Positions 1 through 9,072 of a stretch of DNA of 64,000 bases are shown one piece after another. The translations under genes were made by a program, and so were the position numbers. Position 1 is the first letter of the stretch. Each line of letters begins with the position of its first letter. Source of the stretch: Desulfobulbaceae bacterium (GTDB taxonomy: Bacteria; Desulfobacterota; Desulfobulbia; Desulfobulbales; Desulfocapsaceae); NCBI GenBank assembly GCA_008933635.1, contig WBUQ01000004.1:29261-93260 (forward strand). Reading direction: 5' to 3'. The notes beneath the pieces are model-generated. The model was not told the origin of the DNA, ran no database searches, and worked only from the letters and a program-made list of their open reading frames with translations.

Positions 1-127
1 CAGCGTGCGACTGTAGGGCGAGTCGCAGCGGCCGAAACCAGGCCATCTCCTGCAGCAGCCAGAAGAGTGCGGGCAGGACCAGGAAAAAACAACCCGTCCC
101 GATGATTGTCCGCTTTCGCCCTGTCAT
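1..127 (-). CDS. Membrane protein, N-terminal fragment (runs off the window)
   Basis: Minus-strand ATG at 127-125 overlaps the TGA of the upstream gene (TGATG). It reads MTGRKRTIIGTGCFFLVLPALFWLLQEMAWF..., a hydrophobic helix. It is not in the ORF track because it is open-ended. Confidence 0.35.
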   Translation of the reverse strand, partial: MTGRKRTIIGTGCFFLVLPALFWLLQEMAWFRPLRLALQSHA

Positions 128-996
128 CAGTTCTCCTCGCCGGAGCCATTCAGCTGCAGATGCAGGTGGAGAGTTGGGTGATGCCGTTGAACCGTGTCGA
201 TTACCGTCTCGAGATCAGTGGAAGCGGCCCGGGCAAAGGCAAACTGATAGATCCGCCATCCTGCCCGCTCGGTCGTCCGCCGCAGATGGACGTCCGGCAG
301 CATCACCGCCAGGTCCTCGGGCCATTTGTCGGAACAGAAACGATGTCCTTCAGGGATTTCCACCTGCAGTATTCCGCATCGCCTGCCGCCCCGCAGCACC
401 CTGCTGTGCAGCAGGAGATTGAGGACAACACCCGCAAGGACTGCAGCCGCCAGCCATGAGGCCAGGGTGCGCAGATTGACCAAGCCTTTGCACTCAACGA
501 CAAACCAGGGATCGCCGATAGTGCTCGTCAACGTCACGCCGCCATCTTGATCGGGGTTGAATGCGGCCAGTCCCTGCATGGCCGGGTGCATTTGCTGAAA
601 CGGGCGGAAATCGACATGGACCGGCAGATAGAGGGGCTGTCGAATACTCATATTGCGGATGGAGATCGTTCCCGGTCCGTCGAGGGGATCGACCCTCAAA
701 TCGGAAAGGGCGAGGAGGGACGGGATGGCCAGGGCGTAGCGGTGCCTGCCAGGCATCAGTGATACGGCGACTGAATCACTTTCCTTATAGAAACCCGCCG
801 GGTGACGCCAGTATATCTTGAAGGTTCCCGGCAATGAGGTCTCGATCTCGACGGAGACAGCCGCCCGACCAGTCTGCAGGCCCAGGAAATACTGGACAGC
901 GAAGGCAATGACGGCAAACGCGATCCAGCCGCCGGTTTCCAGGAGGCAGACCCGGAAACGCCCACCCGCTGCCGATACCTTGTCCAGCCAGATCAT
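127..996 (-). CDS. Hypothetical two-TM membrane protein (third gene of the VTC/DUF4956 operon)
   Basis: 289-aa ORF whose start abuts the DUF4956 stop (TGA then ATG, no gap). It has two hydrophobic segments (GGWIAFAVIAFAVQYFLGL and LASWLAAAVLAGVVLNLLL). I recognise no family. Confidence 0.5.
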   Translation of the reverse strand: MIWLDKVSAAGGRFRVCLLETGGWIAFAVIAFAVQYFLGLQTGRAAVSVEIETSLPGTFKIYWRHPAGFYKESDSVAVSLMPGRHRYALAIPSLLALSDLRVDPLDGPGTISIRNMSIRQPLYLPVHVDFRPFQQMHPAMQGLAAFNPDQDGGVTLTSTIGDPWFVVECKGLVNLRTLASWLAAAVLAGVVLNLLLHSRVLRGGRRCGILQVEIPEGHRFCSDKWPEDLAVMLPDVHLRRTTERAGWRIYQFAFARAASTDLETVIDTVQRHHPTLHLHLQLNGSGEEN

Positions 997-1704
997 TCAG
1001 CTGACGGGTGAGTTGCAATAGATGTTCGCTTTCAGCCCGGGATCTATCTCCCGCAGAGCCTCCTGCAATTCCAAGATTTTCCGGTCCGAGAGATTATTGT
1101 AGCCATAGGACAGGACGGTCTCGTCGGCGTTTTCCACCATGCTGTCCAGACGCTTCCTGGTGACATATCCATCGATCAGGGCGGCGACCTCAACTGCATT
1201 CTGACGGTACACCGTTGTTGGCGCAGAAATGATCAGCATGCCGTCATTCTGATACAGGTCGAGAAATCGCCGTCCGTATTGGATGCCCACGAGCGAAATG
1301 AAGGCCACTGCCAGAATGATACCCAGGAAAAGCAGATTGAAGGTGGCGCAGCAGAGCGATGTGGCAACTACCAGCATGATAAAGCCGATTTCCTCGGGTT
1401 CTTTGATCGGGTTGCGAAAACGCACGATCGACAGAGCGCCGAGCAATCCCAGGGACAACGGCAGGGAGAACTGAATGGTGATGAAGATTGCCGTAATCGA
1501 TATGCCCAGCAGGGGAAAGGCCCGATAGATCATGCTGCCCGTTGATCTTGCCCTGAAAAAACGGACATAGAGCAAAGCGACAAGGAACGACGAGAAGAGG
1601 GAGATGAGCATCACTCCCAGAAAAGGGAAAAAACCGATCTGGTCCATCGATTTGCTGCCGAAACCGGACAATACCTTGAGCCATTCCTGAGGAGCTGATT
1701 CCAT
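997..1704 (-). CDS. DUF4956 family membrane protein
   Basis: Multi-pass membrane N-half plus a soluble C-half. It is the typical partner immediately downstream of bacterial VTC-domain genes. I chose the start at MESAPQEW (AGGAA 4 nt upstream) rather than ORF-track start 1785, which would overlap the VTC gene by 67 nt. Confidence 0.65.
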   Translation of the reverse strand: MESAPQEWLKVLSGFGSKSMDQIGFFPFLGVMLISLFSSFLVALLYVRFFRARSTGSMIYRAFPLLGISITAIFITIQFSLPLSLGLLGALSIVRFRNPIKEPEEIGFIMLVVATSLCCATFNLLFLGIILAVAFISLVGIQYGRRFLDLYQNDGMLIISAPTTVYRQNAVEVAALIDGYVTRKRLDSMVENADETVLSYGYNNLSDRKILELQEALREIDPGLKANIYCNSPVS

Positions 1705-1718
1705 CGATTCCTGATGTG

Positions 1719-2417
1719 TCAAAAAGGTTGATTGGTCACCTGCTGCCAGCAAGCGCTGTATTTGGAAAAGGCTGCTCTGCGGCAACCGAACGCGGTCAGC
1801 TGGTGCAGCCAGTCAGGCAGCCGGCCGTTCCGCCCCTTCAGCTCAAAAACGCCGCTCTTCAGCGGATATGGCCGCGTTGAGCCGAGCATCCGCGGATTAC
1901 AGTCGGTTGCACGGATATCGTAATCGACACAGAGACGCATCCCTGTAAGGGGGTCGATGAAACGCAGGCGGGTATATTCGATCCTCAGTGTCGGACGCAA
2001 CGCGCCGTGTAATCCGACCCCAAGCCGTTGCAACTGCAGCGAGACACCAAGGAAGGTTTCATCGGAGAGCGGGGCCGCATCGATCCAGGCCGTCTCCAAA
2101 CCGCTGTCCAGTCGCAGCTTCTTTCGGGAACTGCCGATCTTGCATTTCACTTCGAGGAAATTTGCCGGCAGATTCCGACCGGTGACAGGATCGATATACC
2201 AGCGCAGACGGATCTTGGTCTTCAGGTAATCGCTGTTGATCTTCTCCCTGAGCAGGGAACAGTCGTGGGTGTCGAAATAGATGCTGGAGACCCTCCCCTC
2301 GGCATACATGGGGTCCGGCCGGCATCTGCCCTTCAGCCACGCAGCAAGTTTGCCGGCCAGGTGACTGGGGAAGACATACTTCGTTTCGTGTTCGCCGATT
2401 CTTGGTTCCAACGCCAT
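1719..2417 (-). CDS. VTC-domain (polyphosphate polymerase / CYTH-like tunnel fold) protein
   Basis: 232 aa. The N-terminus EHETKYVFP...RVSSIYFDT...REK...KIRLRWY, and later FELK, are characteristic of the VTC/CYTH family. Confidence 0.7.
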   Translation of the reverse strand: MALEPRIGEHETKYVFPSHLAGKLAAWLKGRCRPDPMYAEGRVSSIYFDTHDCSLLREKINSDYLKTKIRLRWYIDPVTGRNLPANFLEVKCKIGSSRKKLRLDSGLETAWIDAAPLSDETFLGVSLQLQRLGVGLHGALRPTLRIEYTRLRFIDPLTGMRLCVDYDIRATDCNPRMLGSTRPYPLKSGVFELKGRNGRLPDWLHQLTAFGCRRAAFSKYSACWQQVTNQPF

Positions 2418-2692
2418 CCGCTCGCCGTCATATCCATCGGTTGACGATTCCTCGTCTTGTTACGAAATGGTTTTATACCATTTAGGAAATTATTTTGAAA
2501 CCTCGTCCGTACTGCCCTGCTTTCCATCAGGTTTCTCCTCGGCCAATCCTGGGAGGGGAGAACAATACCGCTTTCACCGCTGAAAGACAGAGGGACGAGA
2601 AATATCACGAACGAGAGATGACGGAGCGTTGAATCGTCATTGACGGCGCTTGAATAATTGAATATCATTCTTTGAAAGGAGATAATTTTTAT

Positions 2693-3187
2693 ATGATTGA
2701 CGAAATTGATCTTGAAATATTGAACATAATCCAGAATAACGGCAAGATCCCCAATGCCGAACTGGCTCGTCAACTTGGCATGGCCCCTTCCGGAGTCCTC
2801 GAAAGGGTCAGGAAACTGGAAAAAGAAAAGGTTATCCTGGGCTACGAGGTTCGCCTGGATCCGAAAGCTGTCGGACTCGCCCTGACCGTGTTCATGCACC
2901 TGAAGACCGCCGATGCGGTCGGCTGCACTACCATCGGCGACGAGATAGCGAGGATCGACGGAATCCAGGAAGTACACTGGATCGCCGGCGAATACAACTA
3001 CCTGATCAAGGCCAGGGTGAACAGCACGGATGGCCTGACCATCCTGATGAAGAACATCGGCGCCGTGCCCGGGGTCCAGGACAGCCGGACGACCCTGGTC
3101 CTGGGAACCCTGAAGGAGAACCAGACCCTGAGCACGGAATTTGCCGAAACCAAGCAGACCCTGAAAAAACTGAGAAAAGACATCTGA
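2693..3187 (+). CDS. Lrp/AsnC family transcriptional regulator
   Basis: MIDEIDLEILNIIQNNGKIPNAELARQLGMAPSGVLERVRKLEKEKVI is an HTH_AsnC segment followed by an AsnC-type ligand domain. AAGGAG lies 11 nt upstream of ATG 2693. The ORF-track start at 2672 is TTG. Confidence 0.9.
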   Translation: MIDEIDLEILNIIQNNGKIPNAELARQLGMAPSGVLERVRKLEKEKVILGYEVRLDPKAVGLALTVFMHLKTADAVGCTTIGDEIARIDGIQEVHWIAGEYNYLIKARVNSTDGLTILMKNIGAVPGVQDSRTTLVLGTLKENQTLSTEFAETKQTLKKLRKDI

Positions 3188-3211
3188 CCCCCATCCTTCT
3201 CCCTTCATTGC

Positions 3212-6200
3212 ATGAGGTACGCCATGGATACCAATTCGCTCGATAAGAAGATCACCGCCAGAAGCAAGGAATTCTTCGCCAGCATCAGCGGCGAGGCCCC
3301 ATCCATTTTCAACAAGGGATGGTGGACCGGAAAAGTCATGGACTGGTCGATGAAAAACGAAAATTTCAAGATCCAGCTCTTCCGCTTTGTCGACGTCCTT
3401 CCCTACCTCACCACCTCGGAGTCGCTGGCCCGCCATATCCGCGAATACTTCGCCGGCGATGACCAGGATGTCCCGTCGGTAATGAAATGGGGCGCGATCG
3501 GCGCCGGCTTCGGCGGCAAGCTCACCGGTGTCCTGCTCAACAAGACCATCCGCTCCAACCTTGAAGGCATGGCCAAGCAATTCATCATCGGCGAGAACGT
3601 CAAGGATGCCTTGAAGAACATCAAGAAGATCCGCAAGGACGGTTTCACCCTGACTGTCGACATCCTCGGCGAGGCGACAGTCAGTGAAAAAGAAGCCGTA
3701 TCCTTCATGGAAATGTACCTCGAACTCCTGGCCGCCCTGGAGAAAACCTACAGGGACTGGGAGGCGATCGGCGGCACCACCCTCGACTGGGGCTATTCAC
3801 CGCGCATCAATATCTCGGTCAAGCCTTCCGCCCTGTTCTCGCTGACCGACCCGATGGATTTCGAAGGCTCGGTGACAGGCATCCAGAACCGGCTTATCCC
3901 CATCCTCCGCAAGGTCAGGGATGTAGGAGGCTTCATGCGGATCGACATGGAGCATCACCGGTTCAAGGATATCACCCTTGAGGTTTACCGGCGCCTGCGG
4001 GCAAGTCAGGAATTCCGCGACTACCCCCACCTCGGCATCGCCATCCAGTCCTACCTCAAGGAAACAGACGAGGACCTGAAATCGCTGCTGGCCTGGGCCA
4101 GGGCTGAAAAGCTGCCCATCTCGATCCGTCTGGTCAAGGGCGCCTACTGGGACTACGAGACGGTCATCGCCAAACAGAACGGCTGGGAGATCCCGGTCTA
4201 CACGATCAAAGCGGAATCTGATGCCGCCTTCGAGCGTCATACCAGGATGATCCTCGAAAATCACGATATCTGCAGCTATGCCTGCGCCTCCCACAACATC
4301 CGCTCGATTTCGGCGGCGATGGAGATGGCCAAGGAACTCGGGGTACCGGAGGAAAAATACGAGTTCCAGGTCCTCTATGGCATGGCAGAGCCCGTGCGCA
4401 AGGGACTGCTCAACGTCGCCAGACGGGTGCGGCTCTATGCTCCCTATGGCGACCTGCTGCCTGGCATGGCTTACCTGGTCCGGCGATTGCTGGAGAACAC
4501 CGCCAACGAATCGTTCCTGCGCCAATCGTTTGCCGAGGAGGCGGAAATCGACCGTCTTGTCGAGAACCCGTTGGAAACCCTCATCCGCATCGCCGGGCAG
4601 AAGCCGGACAAGACCAAACCTGCGACGCTCAAGTCCGACTGCTTCGTCAACGAAGCGATGGCCGATTTCACCAGGAAGGAAGTCCGGGACGGCTTCGTCA
4701 ACGCCATCGCCGGCGTCCGACAGAAGCTCGGTGCCACCTATCCGCTTTATATCGGCGGCCGCGAGATGACAACCGATGATCGTCTGGTTTCAGTCAATCC
4801 AGCCAACCCCCAGGAAATCATCGGTAATGTCTGTCAGGCGGGAGTCAGGGAAATCGATGAGGCAATCGCCGCGGCGAAAAAGGCAGCGCCGGCCTGGAAA
4901 GCCCTGTCGTTTGCCGATCGGGCCCAGTACCTGATCAAGGCCGCAGCCATTGCGCGAAAGAAAATCTATGAACTGAGCGCCTGGCAGACCCTCGAGGTTG
5001 GCAAACAGTGGAATCAGGCCCAGGCCGATGTCGCAGAGGCCATCGATTTCCTCGAATATTACGCCAGGGAGGCCATCCGGATTGGCAGACCGCGACGGAT
5101 GGGCAACAGCCCAGGCGAGGTCAACCTGCTCAGTTACCAAGGCAAGGGCATCGCCGCCGTCATTGCCCCCTGGAATTTCCCCCTGGCGATCAGCTGCGGC
5201 ATGTCCGCCGCCGCCATCGTCGCCGGCAACCCTGTCCTCTACAAACCGGCAGGTCCTTCATCGGTGGTCGGGTTCAACCTGGTCGATATCTTCCGCGAGG
5301 CCGGGCTGCCAGCCGGGGTCTTCAACTACGTGCCTGGACGTGGCTCGGTGATGGGTGACTACCTGGTCGAACATCCCGAAATCGCCATCATCGCCTTTAC
5401 CGGTTCGATGGAGACCGGGCATCGGATCATCAACAAAGCCTCGGTCGTGCAGCCTGGCCAAAAGCAGATCAAGAAAGTGGTGGCCGAGCTGGGCGGCAAG
5501 AATGCCATCATCATCGACGACGACGCAGACCTGGATGAGGCCATCAAACAGGTCATCAACTCGGCCTTCGCCTTTCAGGGACAGAAATGCTCAGCCTGTT
5601 CCCGCGCCATCGTCGTTGAACCGATCTACGAAAAATTCCGGGAACGCCTGGTACAGGCCGCCTCTTCCCTCACCATCGGTCCGGCTGAGGATCCTTCCTT
5701 TTCAATGGGGCCGGTGGTAGACGAGAAGGCCCAGAAATCGATCCTCGGATACATCGAACTGGCCAGACAGGAGGGGAAGGTTCTGCTCAGCCGGGAAGTG
5801 CCGTCCTCTGGCTACTACGTGCCGCTTACCATCGTCGAGGGTATCCGGCCCGAACACCGGATTGCCCAGGAGGAAATCTTCGGACCGGTGCTGGCCCTGA
5901 TGAAGGTCAAGGATTTCGACCAGGCAATCGAATGGGCCAATTCGACCCGCTTCAGCCTGACCGGAGCCATCTTCTCCCGCAGTCCGGAACACCTCGACCG
6001 GGCCAGGGCCGAATTCAACGTCGGCAACCTCTACCTAAACCGCGGCAGTACCGGCGCCCTGGTTGAACGGCACCCCTTCGGCGGCTTCAACATGTCAGGT
6101 GTCGGTTCGAAAGCCGGTGGCCCCGATTATCTGCTGCAGTTTGTCGATCCCAAACTGGTCAGCGAGAATACCATGCGCCGGGGCTTCGCACCGATCGAGG

Positions 6201-6223
6201 AAACCGACGACTGGATCGATTGA
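3212..6223 (+). CDS. putA: Bifunctional proline dehydrogenase / L-glutamate-gamma-semialdehyde (P5C) dehydrogenase
   Basis: 1003 aa. The N-terminal half is proline-dehydrogenase-like and the C-terminal half is an ALDH with EL/GGKN and FxxxGQKCSA catalytic Cys motifs. An alternative start is ATG 3224 (GAGG 7 nt upstream). Confidence 0.9.
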   Translation: MRYAMDTNSLDKKITARSKEFFASISGEAPSIFNKGWWTGKVMDWSMKNENFKIQLFRFVDVLPYLTTSESLARHIREYFAGDDQDVPSVMKWGAIGAGFGGKLTGVLLNKTIRSNLEGMAKQFIIGENVKDALKNIKKIRKDGFTLTVDILGEATVSEKEAVSFMEMYLELLAALEKTYRDWEAIGGTTLDWGYSPRINISVKPSALFSLTDPMDFEGSVTGIQNRLIPILRKVRDVGGFMRIDMEHHRFKDITLEVYRRLRASQEFRDYPHLGIAIQSYLKETDEDLKSLLAWARAEKLPISIRLVKGAYWDYETVIAKQNGWEIPVYTIKAESDAAFERHTRMILENHDICSYACASHNIRSISAAMEMAKELGVPEEKYEFQVLYGMAEPVRKGLLNVARRVRLYAPYGDLLPGMAYLVRRLLENTANESFLRQSFAEEAEIDRLVENPLETLIRIAGQKPDKTKPATLKSDCFVNEAMADFTRKEVRDGFVNAIAGVRQKLGATYPLYIGGREMTTDDRLVSVNPANPQEIIGNVCQAGVREIDEAIAAAKKAAPAWKALSFADRAQYLIKAAAIARKKIYELSAWQTLEVGKQWNQAQADVAEAIDFLEYYAREAIRIGRPRRMGNSPGEVNLLSYQGKGIAAVIAPWNFPLAISCGMSAAAIVAGNPVLYKPAGPSSVVGFNLVDIFREAGLPAGVFNYVPGRGSVMGDYLVEHPEIAIIAFTGSMETGHRIINKASVVQPGQKQIKKVVAELGGKNAIIIDDDADLDEAIKQVINSAFAFQGQKCSACSRAIVVEPIYEKFRERLVQAASSLTIGPAEDPSFSMGPVVDEKAQKSILGYIELARQEGKVLLSREVPSSGYYVPLTIVEGIRPEHRIAQEEIFGPVLALMKVKDFDQAIEWANSTRFSLTGAIFSRSPEHLDRARAEFNVGNLYLNRGSTGALVERHPFGGFNMSGVGSKAGGPDYLLQFVDPKLVSENTMRRGFAPIEETDDWID

Positions 6224-6230
6224 CGGCATA

Positions 6231-6297
6231 ACCCCAGAATCCTGTATGCAGGGAGAGAAGGCCGGCACGTTGTGCCGGCCTTCTCTCATTCTGGGGT
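6231..6297. terminator. Nested GC-rich hairpin between convergent putA and tauE-like genes
   Basis: A perfect 16-bp stem (GAGAGAAGGCCGGCAC, 6253-6268, pairing with 6272-6287) has a GTT loop. It is enclosed by a 10-bp outer stem (ACCCCAGAAT 6231-6240 with ATTCTGGGGT 6288-6297). There is no U-tract on either strand. Confidence 0.55.
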
Positions 6298-7104
6298 TCA
6301 GAACAGGCTGATCAGCATGCGGGTTCCAACCACGTAGAGCAGGATGGCAAAGACCTTTTTCAACCGGTTGACCGGCAGGCTGTGGGCAAGACGCACACCG
6401 AACGGAGCGGTGAGGACACTGGTGGCCACCAGACCTACCAGGGCCGGCAGATAGATGAAGCCCACCGAATGCGGTGGAAGATACTCGGCATTCCAGCCGT
6501 TGACCAGATAACCGACGGTGCCGGCGATGGCGATCGGGAAGCCGATCGCCGCCGAGGTTCCGATCGCCCGGTGGACCGGTATGTTGCACCAGGTCATGAA
6601 GGGCACCGACAGGGTCCCGCCGCCGATGCCAACCAGGCTGGAAAAGGCACCGATGAGGTTGCCGACGGCGAAGGTGCCGAGGGCACCGGGCAGCTGGCGG
6701 CTCGGTTTCGGTTTCTTGTTCAGCAGCATCTGGGACGCAACATAGTAGAGGAAAATGACGAAAAATCCTTTGAGGAAGCCCGTGGACATCCTCGCGGCGA
6801 GACAGGAACCGAGAAAGGTGCCGACGAAGATGCCGAGGACGATGCGCCTGACCAGCGGCCACTCGACAGCTCCCCGCTTGTGGTGAGCCCTGAAACTCGA
6901 GACGGAGGTGAAGATGATGCTGGCCATCGATGTTCCCAGGGCCAGGTGCATCGTCACCGCAGGGGAGATGTGCTCAAGTGAGAAACAGAAGACGAGCATC
7001 GGTACGATGACCAACCCACCGCCAATTCCAAGCAAACCGGCGAGCAGGCCGGCTACGGCCCCGGCCCCCATGTACATCAGAACAACCGAAAACATAGTCA
7101 CCAC
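6298..7104 (-). CDS. TauE/SafE family sulfite/anion exporter
   Basis: 268 aa with about 8 TM segments and Gly-rich repeats (LLGIGGGLVIVP and LVGIGGGTLSVP) typical of TauE/SafE. Confidence 0.85.
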   Translation of the reverse strand: MVTMFSVVLMYMGAGAVAGLLAGLLGIGGGLVIVPMLVFCFSLEHISPAVTMHLALGTSMASIIFTSVSSFRAHHKRGAVEWPLVRRIVLGIFVGTFLGSCLAARMSTGFLKGFFVIFLYYVASQMLLNKKPKPSRQLPGALGTFAVGNLIGAFSSLVGIGGGTLSVPFMTWCNIPVHRAIGTSAAIGFPIAIAGTVGYLVNGWNAEYLPPHSVGFIYLPALVGLVATSVLTAPFGVRLAHSLPVNRLKKVFAILLYVVGTRMLISLF

Positions 7105-7225
7105 CCGGATGGTAAATTACAATGAACCGACAAATCTCAATGCTGGAATGTACCTTACCGACCAGCCCGGTGGCAAACATATCCCTTTCTTCTCACCCGC
7201 TTTTCCGCAGAAAACTGGCAAACGG

Positions 7226-7648
7226 CTACGACACGGCTGTCCAGGCCTCCCGACAGCGCTCTGACAGGTAGTCGATCGTTCCCGGCTCATCGAAGATGAC
7301 ATCAAAGCAGTAGCCGTCAGCCCCGGCAAGCCCACCCGGGATGACCTCTCCCCTGCCTTCCGGATCGGTAATCATATCTCCGTAGAAACAGACGGAGAGC
7401 CACCGCTCCGCAGGGTCGTCATCGATGACATCGATGATGGCAAAAAATTCACCAGCGTTCTGCTTCTCTCCCCGTGGCCTCAGGGAAAAACTGACCCCCG
7501 GGCGACCGACAAAGTACAGTTCCACTCCCGACATGGCAGAAACTTGGCGGTACAAGGCGAGGAACCCTTCCTTCGCCCATGCGTTCGCTCCCTGCCAGCC
7601 ATCGATAAATGCCTCGATCTCTTCAATCACTGCCGCTGACTTCTCCAC
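7226..7648 (-). CDS. Hypothetical soluble protein
   Basis: In-frame GTG at 7648 is preceded by AGGAGA with a 6-nt spacer. The longer ORF-track N-terminus (to 7774) looks non-coding (W/R/C-rich). No family recognised. Confidence 0.45.
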   Translation of the reverse strand: MEKSAAVIEEIEAFIDGWQGANAWAKEGFLALYRQVSAMSGVELYFVGRPGVSFSLRPRGEKQNAGEFFAIIDVIDDDPAERWLSVCFYGDMITDPEGRGEVIPGGLAGADGYCFDVIFDEPGTIDYLSERCREAWTAVS

Positions 7649-7886
7649 GCATCTTCTCCTGTAGGTTGCGTTGTGAGCAAATACCCATAACCAGGAGTCA
7701 ACATACTTCCTCCAGCGGCAAAAGTACACTTTTTCCGGATAACCGCTGCTCAAGGCCAGCTTTCCGGCAACCATGGCAGGATCATGAAGTTTGACGACTG
7801 CAGGAAGAGGGCGGCCTGCGCGAATTCAGCCGGAGATCACGGCTCCGCCGATCGCACCGGACCGCATGAAGTGCCGGGACATTTTT

Positions 7887-8345
7887 TCACCGGAGGAGAA
7901 GAAGGATCTCTCGGACGGCGACGGGAATCGCAGCCGCCACGGGCTCGCTGATCGCCTGGCCGAGTTGATCAAAGCAAGCTCCCTCGATCCCGACAAGGAA
8001 AATCCGTTGCGGTGTCTTTTCAGGATAGAGGCGCCGTCCTACTTCAATCGCCTCGCGCACCCCGATGCCATGCCCGCTGACAGGACGGGGCTGGCGAACA
8101 GGGATGGATTGCCAGTCGAGGATGTGGACCGTCCCGGCAGCAGCCCCCAGCTGCACTGCATCGACCACCACCAGCAGGTCCTCGCCGTTGATCTCTTCAA
8201 GCAGATCAATCCCGCCCAGGCCTAGAAATACCAGGCGAGTCCCAGCTGGGAGGGTTATTTTTTCAAGACAGGCGTGGACTGCCTTTCCCGCCCCGTCATC
8301 GGCAACGAGATCGTTGCCGATGCAGAGGATGAGAGCAGTGGCCAT
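7887..8345 (-). CDS. Hydrogenase maturation endopeptidase
   Basis: MATALILCIGNDLVADDGAGKAV is the HycI/HybD-type GNxxxxDDGxG motif. It lies 5 nt downstream of the preceding operon gene. Confidence 0.8.
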   Translation of the reverse strand: MATALILCIGNDLVADDGAGKAVHACLEKITLPAGTRLVFLGLGGIDLLEEINGEDLLVVVDAVQLGAAAGTVHILDWQSIPVRQPRPVSGHGIGVREAIEVGRRLYPEKTPQRIFLVGIEGACFDQLGQAISEPVAAAIPVAVREILLLLR

Positions 8346-8350
8346 CAGAA

Positions 8351-8821
8351 TTACTGACGCGGCCTGCTGAAGGCCAGAGTGAAGGTGCAGGATTCCCCGG
8401 TTGCCACCGTTTTCGGCCGGGCCGGACACCCTGCCAGTTCAGCGAGGATGCCAGCGATATAATAATGGAACATCTGGCAGGCCTGGCCGTCGAGATCCAT
8501 GTTGCGTTGCTTGCAGACACTGCTGATCGGGCAATGGCTGATGGAGATCTCCGCTTCCGGCCCGTTGAAGCGGCCGTCGATCTCCATCTGCTGGATGCGG
8601 AAAATCCGTACCAGTTCCTGCAAGGCGACCTCCGGAGTCTTATCGGTCATGTGGACCGGCATGTTATCCGCCATCCGCCGACCGGCCGCCACCGCCAGCG
8701 ATGGCGTCGACTTGCCGACAAAGGTGACGATAGTGTCGACGAACATGTCGAGGAGAAAAGACACCTCGGTGAAGGCCATGTCATAATCCCTGGCCTCGAG
8801 AGAAAGCTCGTTGGCTATCAT
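8351..8821 (-). CDS. V4R-domain protein (paralog 2)
   Basis: 156 aa. Its ATG overlaps the ferredoxin TGA (ATGA). The C-terminal pattern HCPxxxxC...CxxFHYYIAGxLAEL...GESCxF aligns with the other V4R ORF at 11451-11996. Confidence 0.6.
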   Translation of the reverse strand: MIANELSLEARDYDMAFTEVSFLLDMFVDTIVTFVGKSTPSLAVAAGRRMADNMPVHMTDKTPEVALQELVRIFRIQQMEIDGRFNGPEAEISISHCPISSVCKQRNMDLDGQACQMFHYYIAGILAELAGCPARPKTVATGESCTFTLAFSRPRQ

Positions 8822-9069
8822 AGGAACTTCTCCATACGCTGACTGAAATGGATGTTGCGATAAAAATTCTTCACCACATGATGATCCTGATGACTGATTG
8901 CCCCTGACGGACAGAGGTAGTCGCAACTCATGCAGGCGATACAGTTGCCAAGACGGGCAACCACCGATTTTTTCGTCTCTTCGTTGAAGACAAAGCACTT
9001 GGTCGGACAGACATCAAGGCAAAGCTGGCATCCCCGACAGGCCTTTTCATCAATAAACATGGCAAACAT
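8818..9069 (-). CDS. 2x[4Fe-4S] ferredoxin
   Basis: 83 aa with CRGCQLCLDVCP and CIACMSCDYLCP motifs. Confidence 0.85.
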   Translation of the reverse strand: MFAMFIDEKACRGCQLCLDVCPTKCFVFNEETKKSVVARLGNCIACMSCDYLCPSGAISHQDHHVVKNFYRNIHFSQRMEKFL

Positions 9070-9072
9070 ATG

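Noticed and set aside
2333-3580. 415-aa minus-strand ORF spanning the Lrp gene and the putA 5' end
   Set aside because: It crosses an intergenic region and two well-supported plus-strand genes. It has no recognisable motifs, so it is a shadow ORF.
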